Below, in pieces: positions 17,485 through 25,791 of a stretch of 57,450 bases of DNA. The notes beneath the pieces were generated by a model, which saw only the letters and a program-made list of their open reading frames with translations, ran no database searches and was not told the origin of the DNA. The translations under genes were made by a program, and so were the position numbers. The stretch comes from a bacterium (GTDB lineage: Bacteria; Patescibacteriota; Patescibacteriia; S139-126), in assembly GCA_030666865.1 (NCBI GenBank), contig DAOUWZ010000004.1, positions 1-57,450 of the forward strand, written 5' to 3'. Numbering within the stretch: position 1 is the stretch's first letter; each line of letters begins with the position of its first letter.

Positions 17485-19986
17485 TTATAATGAGATTTTA
17501 ATTTTTCCTTTATCAAGAGATAAATTGGCTATCGTAGATTTTTTATCATCCCGCGATCGCGGGATCAAGAGTATTTCTGCTAATGGCTGTTCAATCAGAG
17601 TTTGAATATTCCTTTGAATTTCTCTTGCCCCTCTATTTGGTTCAAAATTATTTTTTGCCAAATGCGTAATGACTGACGGTTTAGCAATAATGGTTATATT
17701 TTTATCTTTTAGTCTGTCGTTCAATTCATTAATTTGTAATTTTACTATTTTTTTCAAATCCCTAATGCTTAAAGGATTAAAAACAATAATTTTATCCAGT
17801 CGGTTTAAGAGTTCAGGTTTAAAATTATCTTCCAGTTCTGCCAGCACCTGATTTTTTATTTGAGAAAATAAATTTTTGTTTTTATTTGATTCTTCTCCAA
17901 AACCGAAGGTGGTTTGCTGATTGAACTGTTCTGAAGCAAAATTTGAGGTTAAAATTATTAGGGCGTGATTGAAATTTATTTTTCTTCCCTCAGCGTCAGT
18001 TAGATAGCCCTCATCAAGTATTTGTAATAATAAATTGAATACATCAGGATGAGCCTTTTCTATTTCATCAAATAATATTACTGTATAAGGCTTTCTTCTG
18101 ACAGTATCGGTAATCTTTCCGCCTTCTTTATACCCGACATATCCAGCTGGCGCGCCAATTAATTTAGAAATATTGAAACTTTCTGTAAATTCAGACATAT
18201 CAATGCGAATAATTGCATCGTCACTGCCAAAGTATTCTTTGGAAACTATTTTAGCTAGTTCTGTTTTACCAACACCAGATGGTCCTAGAAATAAAAAGCT
18301 GCCGATTGGTTTGTTGTTTTTATTCAAGCCTATTTGGGCTCTTTTTAGTATAGAGCTAATATCATTGATTGCTTCAGTTTGTCCGATTATTTTTTCATTT
18401 AGATTTTTTTCCAGATGTATAATTTTGTTATCACCAGTTTCAGTAAGATATGCCAAAGGGATGTTGGTTATTTGTGATACTATTTCTGTAATCTGTTTAT
18501 CAGATATAGTGTGTTTTGGTTGGGAGTCTTGATCTAGTTTATTTTGAATGATTTTTAATTTATTTTTTAGTTTTATTTCTTGATTTTTTAAAGTAATAGC
18601 TTCATCATATTTTTCTTCACTAATAGCTTGATGCTTGTTGGAAGTAATTTTAGTGATATCCTGCTGCAAAGATGATATTTGCAAGGCTAAAGGATTAGGC
18701 TTGGCATTTACTTTTACCCTGCTGGCTGCTTCATCAATAAGGTCAATTGCTTTATCTGGCAGAAATTGGTCAGGAATATATTTGATTGATAAATCAACTG
18801 CCGCTCTCAGGGCTTTGTTATCTATTTTGACTTGGTGAAATGATTCGTAATATTTTTTTAAGCCCATAAGTATTTCCAAAGTTTCTTGCGCGCTAGGCTC
18901 AGCTATTTGGATTGGTTGAAATCTGCGTTCCAGCGCTGGATCAGATTCAATATGTTTATGAAATTCATTTTGAGTAGTGGCGCCAATACATCTGATTTCT
19001 CCGCGAGCGAGTGCTGGTTTGATCAAATTGGCCGTGTCCATTGTGCCAGCAGTTGTAGATCCAGCGCCAATAATATTATGGAGCTCGTCAATAAAAATGA
19101 TAACATCTGGATTATTTTTTATTTCGTCTAATAAATTTTTTAATCTGGATTCAAATTCTCCTCGGTACATAGTCCCAGCAACCATTAATCCTATATCTAA
19201 ATTTAATATTTTTTTATTTTTTAGTATGGCTGGTACATCTCCTTCAATAATTTTTTTAGCCAGACCTTCTATAATTGCAGTTTTACCAACGCCAGGGTCG
19301 CCGAGAAGCAGGGGATTATTTTTGTGACGGCGGGAAAGAATTTGTATTATTCTGCTTATTTCTTTATCTCTGCCTATCACTGGATCAATATTGTTTTGAA
19401 TAGCCTTGTCAGTAAGGTTGGCTGTGAATAACTCCAAAAAAGAATCATTGGTTGAATGGTGGGGGTGATCCATAGGCGCTATTCTCATATCAGGCTGCAT
19501 ATTACTGGCGCTTAACATATCAGAAAAAACATCACTCAAATCAGAAAAATGCGAAGTAGAATTTAGCACTACTTGCAAATGATTTTTGATTTTGATTTGG
19601 CGTATATCAGCAGTTTTGAAAAATTCTTCAATTTTTTTATCCGGAATTGATAATAGCGCCATCAGTAAGTGTTCTGTTCCTACATAAAGATGCCCGTATT
19701 CAAAAGCGATATTTATCATTTTTGTGATAATTTTTTTGGCGACCGGTGATAGCTCCAAAGTTATTATTTGGTTTCTATCGTTGATATTTAATTTTTCTGC
19801 TTTATTCTTCAATCCATTTTTATGTAACAATTCAGCAGCCAGACTGCCTGGGTTTTGAAGAATACCATCAAGAAGATGGATTGGTTCAACTGTTTTGGTG
19901 TTTTGTTTTTTTGCCACCCAACCAGCTATTTTCAACGCATCTTTTAGATGTTTGGTGAATTTATTGAATATTTCGTTTTCCATCAT
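17485..19986 (-). CDS. clpC: Clp/Hsp100 AAA+ unfoldase, ClpC-like
   Basis: Clp_N repeats, two AAA modules (GDPGVGKTAI and GPSGVGKTEL), a short middle domain, and a FGFG loop consistent with ClpP docking. Confidence 0.85.
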   Translation of the reverse strand: MMENEIFNKFTKHLKDALKIAGWVAKKQNTKTVEPIHLLDGILQNPGSLAAELLHKNGLKNKAEKLNINDRNQIITLELSPVAKKIITKMINIAFEYGHLYVGTEHLLMALLSIPDKKIEEFFKTADIRQIKIKNHLQVVLNSTSHFSDLSDVFSDMLSASNMQPDMRIAPMDHPHHSTNDSFLELFTANLTDKAIQNNIDPVIGRDKEISRIIQILSRRHKNNPLLLGDPGVGKTAIIEGLAKKIIEGDVPAILKNKKILNLDIGLMVAGTMYRGEFESRLKNLLDEIKNNPDVIIFIDELHNIIGAGSTTAGTMDTANLIKPALARGEIRCIGATTQNEFHKHIESDPALERRFQPIQIAEPSAQETLEILMGLKKYYESFHQVKIDNKALRAAVDLSIKYIPDQFLPDKAIDLIDEAASRVKVNAKPNPLALQISSLQQDITKITSNKHQAISEEKYDEAITLKNQEIKLKNKLKIIQNKLDQDSQPKHTISDKQITEIVSQITNIPLAYLTETGDNKIIHLEKNLNEKIIGQTEAINDISSILKRAQIGLNKNNKPIGSFLFLGPSGVGKTELAKIVSKEYFGSDDAIIRIDMSEFTESFNISKLIGAPAGYVGYKEGGKITDTVRRKPYTVILFDEIEKAHPDVFNLLLQILDEGYLTDAEGRKINFNHALIILTSNFASEQFNQQTTFGFGEESNKNKNLFSQIKNQVLAELEDNFKPELLNRLDKIIVFNPLSIRDLKKIVKLQINELNDRLKDKNITIIAKPSVITHLAKNNFEPNRGAREIQRNIQTLIEQPLAEILLIPRSRDDKKSTIANLSLDKGKIKISL

Positions 19987-20047
19987 AATATTAAAATTTT
20001 ATCTGTTTTTGTGTGATAGGTTCATTGTATAATAATTTTATTACTGT

Positions 20048-20085
20048 CTGCCCGCAATGCTAGCGCATAAGCGTTGCAGGCGGGC
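20048..20085 (+). repeat. P3-family GC hairpin with a conserved loop (GCCCGC-ATGCTAG...GTTGC-GGCGGGC)
   Basis: Shares GCCCGCxATGCTAG and GTTGCxGGC blocks with 55873-55909. Confidence 0.7.
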
Positions 20086-20198
20086 GATTAAACATTTTGG
20101 CTAAATTTCTTCCCGCACTTGCGGAATCGTTACATAACTTATTATACAGTGAGCCTAAGGATTATATAATGTTTTTATGTATAAATCAATAGGAGATA

Positions 20199-20252
20199 AA
20201 TAAAACAGACATCCGATGTCCGGAGCTCCGGACATCGGATGTCTGTTTTATT
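20199..20252. repeat. P2-family perfect palindrome (54 bp). Likely bidirectional terminator after lemA.
   Basis: AAATAAAACAGACATCCGATGTCCGGAG|CTCCGGACATCGGATGTCTGTTTTATTT. A/T runs flank both sides. Confidence 0.9.
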
Positions 20253-20265
20253 AAAATTAAGTATA

Positions 20266-20823
20266 TCAAAACTCCACTTTAATATTCTTTTTTTCCTCTT
20301 CGTTGTCAACGCCAAAGAATTCCTTATCTTTGAATCCCAGCATGCCGGCCACGATGTTATTTGGGAATATTTGAATTTTATTATTGAAATCTCTGGTAGT
20401 GCCGTTGTAATACCTTCGGGATGCTTCAATTTTGTTTTCAGTGGTAGCTAGTTCATCTTGCAGTTTGCTGAAATTGGTTGATGCTTTCAAGTCAGGGTAG
20501 TTTTCCGCGACCGCAAAAAGCGATTTCAAAGTGTCAGTCAGCATATTTTCCGCTTTTGCTTTATCTTTTAAATTTCCAGCTTGCATGGCTCTGCTTCTAG
20601 CTTCAGTCACTTTGGTAAAAACTCCGCTTTCATGTTTAGCATAACCTTTGACAGTTTCCACAAAATTAGGAATCAAGTCATATCTTCGTTTCAATTGTAC
20701 ATCAATATCACTCCACGCTTCTGCTACTTTATTTTTTAATCTGACAAGACCATTGTAGATGCCGACTAGCCAGACGGCTATGACAATTATTATTGCCAAT
20801 AATATCCAGGTTAGATAATTCAT
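20266..20823 (-). CDS. lemA: LemA family protein
   Basis: N-terminal TM helix, then YNGLVRLKNKVAEAWSDIDVQLKRRYDLIPNFVETVKGYAKHE and ...RRYYNGTTRDFN. Confidence 0.85.
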   Translation of the reverse strand: MNYLTWILLAIIIVIAVWLVGIYNGLVRLKNKVAEAWSDIDVQLKRRYDLIPNFVETVKGYAKHESGVFTKVTEARSRAMQAGNLKDKAKAENMLTDTLKSLFAVAENYPDLKASTNFSKLQDELATTENKIEASRRYYNGTTRDFNNKIQIFPNNIVAGMLGFKDKEFFGVDNEEEKKNIKVEF

Positions 20824-20829
20824 AATTTT

Positions 20830-21429
20830 TTAGTTTAATATTTTTGTATCGTATAATTTGAATGTTATTTCTTTGGCAGTAAATTTATCATTACTAATTA
20901 TATCGTTGGCGATAATATTTATATTTTGTCCAATTTTAAGATCAGTAAAAGTTCCATTTTTTGTATAACGATTTTCTTTAATAGGTTTTTCTGAAGTAGA
21001 ATCTTTGAATGTTGTTTCAAAAACATCAATTTCGATTTTTGTATTTTTATCAACGAAGACAGTATATTCTTTCTCACCCATAAATTCATTTAAGAAAACA
21101 AAGCTTTGTTTTTCATTATTAATTTCAGTAATTTTTCCAGCTCTCATTACTGCCAGTCCGGCTAATTGTCCATCTTGGACATATGCATCAGGTACATTCA
21201 ATTCATCCAAGTCTGATTGAGGCATAATCTCATTAATTATTATTTGTTTTTCAGTTAGGGTAATCTTTGTGTTTTTTGTAAGAGTTTGTTGTTCTGGTTG
21301 ATTATTTTTGTCTGATAAAGTTCGTTCTAGTTTGGGAAAGGTACTTTTCTGCCAATAAATAAATGATCCCAAAGAAATAATCAATACTAAAATGATAATC
21401 GATAATATTGTTAGAGTTTTATTGGACAT
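20830..21429 (-). CDS. Membrane-anchored hypothetical protein
   Basis: 199-aa ORF with an N-terminal TM helix, located 6 nt upstream of lemA. Confidence 0.45.
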   Translation of the reverse strand: MSNKTLTILSIIILVLIISLGSFIYWQKSTFPKLERTLSDKNNQPEQQTLTKNTKITLTEKQIIINEIMPQSDLDELNVPDAYVQDGQLAGLAVMRAGKITEINNEKQSFVFLNEFMGEKEYTVFVDKNTKIEIDVFETTFKDSTSEKPIKENRYTKNGTFTDLKIGQNINIIANDIISNDKFTAKEITFKLYDTKILN

Positions 21430-21526
21430 AAATTACTATTATAATTTATAATTTAAAATTATATAAATAGTTTTAAGATATAATTATTGTGTATTAATTA
21501 AATCTTACTACCTTTCAGAAAGCGCT

Positions 21527-21555
21527 TTGCACTTTCATTGCTTTTATTGTATAAT
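21527..21555 (+). promoter_or_regulatory. Sigma70 promoter with extended -10 (TTGCAC-N17-TATAAT, TG at -14)
   Basis: TTGCAC at 21527-21532 and TATAAT at 21550-21555. The TTG start of the long ORF-track model is actually the -35 hexamer. Confidence 0.6.
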
Positions 21556-21604
21556 TTATACAGCATTTAGTCAATTTATATATAATTATATTAATAATTT
21601 TACT

Positions 21605-24142
21605 ATGTTTTTTCGTAACATTACCCTAACAATTTTTAGTCTGTTATTATTTTTAATAATAGCTATTCCTACGCAAACAAATGCCCAAGCTTGTTGGGAT
21701 GGAACTTGGACTCAGCCTACTTGCGATCCCATGGTTGATCCAGGTGGTTGTTTGGTAAGTCCGCCGTTATTTGCTAACGCTGATTGTGATCAAGAAACAG
21801 GTAATATTAAAATAAGTGATCAAAGTGATACAGCCGCTAAATCTGAATGGGTTGATTTGCAGCCAGGAATTATTCAGCTTGGCGATGTTCAGGATGGTTG
21901 GAATTTGCCAGATCCAAATGGAGCTATTGAAGCGTATGGTCCAATTTTAGTAGGTAATTGGACTGCTATGCCTTTAGCTGCTCGGTTTGAAGGCGGTGTC
22001 GCGGCTTTTGATTTGTATGCTAATGATGAATTAAGGGTTGATGATAATGCCTATTTTTATGGAAATATTGAATTGAAAGGTAATGGAGTTTTGATTCCAA
22101 ATGGTAGGGACACAGTAATTCTAAATGTAGAAAATGCTGGCGGCGGCGGTGATACTGACACTTTACTTCGTCTAACTGCTGATAATGGAGAAATCGGAAA
22201 TTTTTTATATATGGATGGTTATTCAAATAATGATATTTATGTAGATTATTTAGGATATTTTAATGCAGATGGTGATTTTCAAGTTAGGATTGATGCTGAT
22301 AATAATAGTGGAAATAGTTTTCGTATAAATAATGGCGATAATAATACTATTTTAAATTTAAGCGAAACAGGATATTTGAATGTTGAAAGTGATATCTCAT
22401 CTACCAATGGTGATATTTCCGCGCCAAATGGCAAAATTTCCGGGGCGCAAGTTCAAGGTGATTTTATAGAAACTACTACTGGAAATTCTTGTTCAGGCGC
22501 AGGTTCTGACAAAATGCTATATTATAATCAAAGTTTAAATGGTTGGTTTTGCCGTGATGTTGGTAGTGGTTCAGTTGGTGGACAGGATCTTTTGTCAGTA
22601 TTGCAAGAAGGGTCTGATGCTTCTGCTTTTGCCGGACCAACAAGTATTGGCGGCAAGCTAACTATAGTTGAAAATGTTAATAACGGAAGTGTTGATGTAA
22701 ATATTAATAATAGTTATGAAGTGGCCAGTGGTAGTAATAACGAATCAGCCAGACTAAATCTTCAATTGAACAAAAGCGGGTCTGGTAATGGTCCGAGAAA
22801 TGCAGTTAGTATCGTAGCTGGAAAAGATGGTTCTTGGTGGACAGCAGATACGGTTGATTCTAATATGGCAATAAATTTATATAGAGATAATTCAGCTTTT
22901 GAAGCTTTGAGGATTGATTCTGATGGCGATGTCGGCATTGGCACTACTAATCCTAGTTATAGATTACAAGTTGATGATGGTAATGCTTTTATCAAAGGTC
23001 CAGATGGGTTTAATGCTGCCGGAGAAGAAGCAGCTCTTTACTTAGGCTCAGCTCCGGAGCATTATATCAAAGCAGTTTATGGCGACGGTTTGCGAATCGG
23101 CACCTACCAGGCTGCTGATGCTTTGAATATTGAACAGACTACTGGTAATGTGGGTATTAAAGTAACTAATCCTAATGCGCAATTGCATGTTTGTAATACT
23201 AGTAACGCTCAGTTTATAGCGATGTTTAATAGTGATGTTGACGCTAGTGTTAGGATTGATGCAGATGATATTGACAGTGATTCAAATTTATGGTTTACCA
23301 ATACTGATGATGGCGATTATTCTTATTTGATTGGTCGGCAAGATGATGGTAAGTTTCGTATAGGAGTTTTAGCAAGCGGGATGCCGAATTATGATACTGA
23401 TCCCACTAGATTATTAACAGTTGATCGGTATGGTAATCTTGAAGTTGAGGGAGATATTTTTGCGCCAAATTTAACCAATGTAAGATGGCGTTCTGGAACT
23501 AGTGGAGCAGTAGCTGATTATGATGAAGATGGAAAATTTACACTTAATGAAATTGATGTTAATTTATTAGATGCTGAGACAGTAAAAACGTCACAAATCA
23601 TTCATTACGAACAATCAACAGGCAATAAAATATTTTATGGGTCGTCTAATTGTGAAAGTTGTGAGATTGCTAGAAAAGATTGTCAGGATAATAGAGGCGC
23701 TTGGGAAAAATTAGCTCAATTTTTTTCTGTGTCTAGTGTTAACGCCGCAGCAATTCGGTATAGTGGTTGTTTAACAGTTGACGCAGCTTCTTGTGCTTCT
23801 CAAAGCTGTGATGCGACTGAAGTTTCTCATCAGGATAGTACTATAAATTATGATGATTGCGGTGGAACTCCGCAGAGTGTAAGTTATGTTTATTCTCGTA
23901 CATGTAAAAGTTGTCCGGCAGGGGATGCAGATATTACCAAAATGGAGTTTTATTATGATGAAGGGGGTACCAGCAGAAATACAGTGGAAGTTCATGGTGA
24001 TTTAGTAGCTCCTGGAAATTATCACAATAATTGTGAGACTATATCAGCTGGTGGATTAAATCACTATGCAGAGTGTCCTGAAGGCAAATATATTACGACT
24101 GTTGATTTTGATGATGAAGAAGTAACTTGTTGTAGACTCTAG
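21605..24142 (+). CDS. Large secreted tail-fibre-like protein with a Cys-rich C-terminal domain
   Basis: The ATG at 21605 gives a signal peptide (LLLFLIIAIPTQTNAQA). Two 'GxVGIGTTNPxxxLxV'-type motifs (DGDVGIGTTNPSYRLQV, TGNVGIKVTNPNAQLHV) are typical of tail-fibre/endosialidase-chaperone-type proteins. The last ~200 aa are Cys-rich. Confidence 0.55.
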   Translation: MFFRNITLTIFSLLLFLIIAIPTQTNAQACWDGTWTQPTCDPMVDPGGCLVSPPLFANADCDQETGNIKISDQSDTAAKSEWVDLQPGIIQLGDVQDGWNLPDPNGAIEAYGPILVGNWTAMPLAARFEGGVAAFDLYANDELRVDDNAYFYGNIELKGNGVLIPNGRDTVILNVENAGGGGDTDTLLRLTADNGEIGNFLYMDGYSNNDIYVDYLGYFNADGDFQVRIDADNNSGNSFRINNGDNNTILNLSETGYLNVESDISSTNGDISAPNGKISGAQVQGDFIETTTGNSCSGAGSDKMLYYNQSLNGWFCRDVGSGSVGGQDLLSVLQEGSDASAFAGPTSIGGKLTIVENVNNGSVDVNINNSYEVASGSNNESARLNLQLNKSGSGNGPRNAVSIVAGKDGSWWTADTVDSNMAINLYRDNSAFEALRIDSDGDVGIGTTNPSYRLQVDDGNAFIKGPDGFNAAGEEAALYLGSAPEHYIKAVYGDGLRIGTYQAADALNIEQTTGNVGIKVTNPNAQLHVCNTSNAQFIAMFNSDVDASVRIDADDIDSDSNLWFTNTDDGDYSYLIGRQDDGKFRIGVLASGMPNYDTDPTRLLTVDRYGNLEVEGDIFAPNLTNVRWRSGTSGAVADYDEDGKFTLNEIDVNLLDAETVKTSQIIHYEQSTGNKIFYGSSNCESCEIARKDCQDNRGAWEKLAQFFSVSSVNAAAIRYSGCLTVDAASCASQSCDATEVSHQDSTINYDDCGGTPQSVSYVYSRTCKSCPAGDADITKMEFYYDEGGTSRNTVEVHGDLVAPGNYHNNCETISAGGLNHYAECPEGKYITTVDFDDEEVTCCRL

Positions 24143-24212
24143 AGTTAGTTTTTAAATAGGCAGTATATAGAATTAAGAAATAAGGATACAGGTGAATTAT
24201 AAATCAGAAATC

Positions 24213-24257
24213 ACAAATTTTAAATTATACCTGCCTGCCGGCAGGCAGGAATCCTAA
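24213..24257 (+). repeat. 45-bp direct repeat (left copy), containing a P1 palindrome at 24230-24249
   Basis: ACAAATTTTAAATTATACCTGCCTGCCGGCAGGCAGGAATCCTAA is identical to 25575-25619. Confidence 0.9.
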
Positions 24258-24324
24258 ACAAGTATTAATATCAAAATCCAAAATTCAAAACTGATTTTTA
24301 TATTAACTAAGCTTGAGGGAAACT

Positions 24325-24354
24325 TTTTTAGGTTATAGGTTTTAGTTATTAGAA
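24325..24354 (+). repeat. 'Empty-site' fragment of the SR composite repeat (no P1 palindrome)
   Basis: TTTTTAGGTTATA|GGTTTTAGTTATTAGAA has the same flanks as 30736-30786, minus the 20-bp palindrome. Confidence 0.8.
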
Positions 24355-24378
24355 AGCGTTATATAAAATAAAATATAG

Positions 24379-24405
24379 AAAAAAGGGACCGTAGTTGGTC
24401 CCTTT
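24379..24405 (-). terminator. Intrinsic terminator (minus strand)
   Basis: GGGACC/GGTCCC stem followed by TTTTTT on the minus strand. A second hairpin (TTCCCCCGC..GCGGGGGAA, 24431-24452) abuts the stop codon. Confidence 0.7.
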
Positions 24406-24453
24406 CGTGGTGGGAGGTGACAATTTGTCATTCCCCCGCCTGGGCGGGGGAAT

Positions 24454-25407
24454 CTATTTTATTAAAATCATTTTTTTGACCTGGCTATATCCAGATTGAG
24501 TTGTGAGTTTATAAAAATAGGTTCCGGATGACAAGTTTTGGCCATCAAATGAATAGTTGTAGCTGCCAATAGACAGTTTTTCATCAACCAGAGTAGCCAC
24601 AGTTTGACCTAAGATATTATAAACGGTCAGATTTACGAAATCGGCTTTGTTGATAGAAAAAACGATGTTAGTCGCCGGATTAAACGGATTAGGATAATTC
24701 TGATTGAGTATAAATGATTCTGGAATGCCTTTATAAAAAGGTGATATATGAGAAACTAGATCATCGCCTCCCATATAATCTAAGACACAAGAATCTTTTT
24801 GAGAATGGAATCGAATTTGATCACAGATATGTGATATAGTATCGGAATTACCACCATCTTGGTAAATGAACAGACTGTCAATATGGGTGATTACTGGAAG
24901 TGGATCATTGCCATTTAGATTTTTCCAGTTATGAAAATAAATCGTAGTTGTGTCATCTTGCTCCATTGATTGTCCATCAATAAAACCGTAGCTACCAGAG
25001 TAGTACATTTCACCTTTGTGGCGTATCCAGATTTGGAAAGAGTTTGACGGTGAGTCTGTTATCATTTTCAAATCTGCATAAAGCATTAAATTTGTCATCC
25101 AATCAGGAATTATTGCTTCAGTACTGTCGGTATAGTCTTTGTAATAGAATACATATTCAGATCCAGGTGTTGGGTCGTGAGTGAATTTTAAAGCTTCACT
25201 TTCGCTACCACTTAGACCACAGCACGGATTTATATAGGCCGAGTCGGGTAGCTGAATATTATACTCAAACCATGGAGTTGTTTCTGGGTAACATGGGACA
25301 TACCCCAGTATTGGTTGAAGATTTGTTGAAGTTGTTTGCGCAAAAGTTGTTCCCACCAATCCTGCGAAGAGCAGGATTACGCTTAAAAAAGTTAGATATT
25401 TTTTCAT
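24454..25407 (-). CDS. Secreted protein with a T9SS-type (Por_Secre_tail) C-terminal sorting domain
   Basis: Signal peptide ending TFAQ. C-terminal NYPNPFNPATNIVFSI...VYNILGQTVATLVDE...SGTYFYKLT...KKMILIK matches the type-A T9SS CTD pattern. SD GGGAGGA. Confidence 0.7.
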   Translation of the reverse strand: MKKYLTFLSVILLFAGLVGTTFAQTTSTNLQPILGYVPCYPETTPWFEYNIQLPDSAYINPCCGLSGSESEALKFTHDPTPGSEYVFYYKDYTDSTEAIIPDWMTNLMLYADLKMITDSPSNSFQIWIRHKGEMYYSGSYGFIDGQSMEQDDTTTIYFHNWKNLNGNDPLPVITHIDSLFIYQDGGNSDTISHICDQIRFHSQKDSCVLDYMGGDDLVSHISPFYKGIPESFILNQNYPNPFNPATNIVFSINKADFVNLTVYNILGQTVATLVDEKLSIGSYNYSFDGQNLSSGTYFYKLTTQSGYSQVKKMILIK

Positions 25408-25476
25408 GATATCCTCCCTGTTATATGAAAGTTTTAGTTCACTTTATTTGTGAAAGTTCTAATTAAAGAATAACAC

Positions 25477-25505
25477 ATTCTACTAGAATTATTAAATTTT
25501 GTCAA
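25477..25505 (-). promoter_or_regulatory. Sigma70 promoter candidate on the minus strand (TTGACA-N17-TAGAAT)
   Basis: The reverse complement of 25500-25505 is TTGACA, and that of 25477-25482 is TAGAAT. It lies upstream of the T9SS-CTD gene. Confidence 0.5.
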
Positions 25506-25574
25506 GTCTAGGGAGTGGATATGCTGTGAATATTAGTATTTAGAAGTTAGTAGATAGGAGGAGGTAAATAAATT

Positions 25575-25619
25575 ACAAATTTTAAATTATACCTGCCTGC
25601 CGGCAGGCAGGAATCCTAA
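25575..25619 (+). repeat. 45-bp direct repeat (right copy), containing a P1 palindrome at 25592-25611
   Basis: Identical to 24213-24257. Confidence 0.9.
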
Positions 25620-25791
25620 GATCCTGGATAGCCCTACGCTTCGCTTCATTGCTTCTGGGATGACAGTAGAGAGGAAGGAATGACAAAAAGAGCACAAAAT
25701 TTTATTCTTCTATTTTATCACCCCCTATTAATTATACTTGATACCAGTTTATTTTAGCGTTATATTAAAAATATAAGTAATTACTAAACAA

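Noticed and set aside
21527-21604. N-terminal 26 codons of the track ORF 21527..24142 (TTG start).
   Set aside because: The TTG is the -35 hexamer of a consensus promoter. The ATG at 21605 yields a canonical signal peptide.
21605-25407. Prophage remnant or DGR target, prompted by the tail-fibre-like protein.
   Set aside because: There are no capsid, terminase, integrase, reverse-transcriptase or template-repeat sequences in the vicinity. The gene has a Sec signal peptide, so it is treated as a cellular surface protein.
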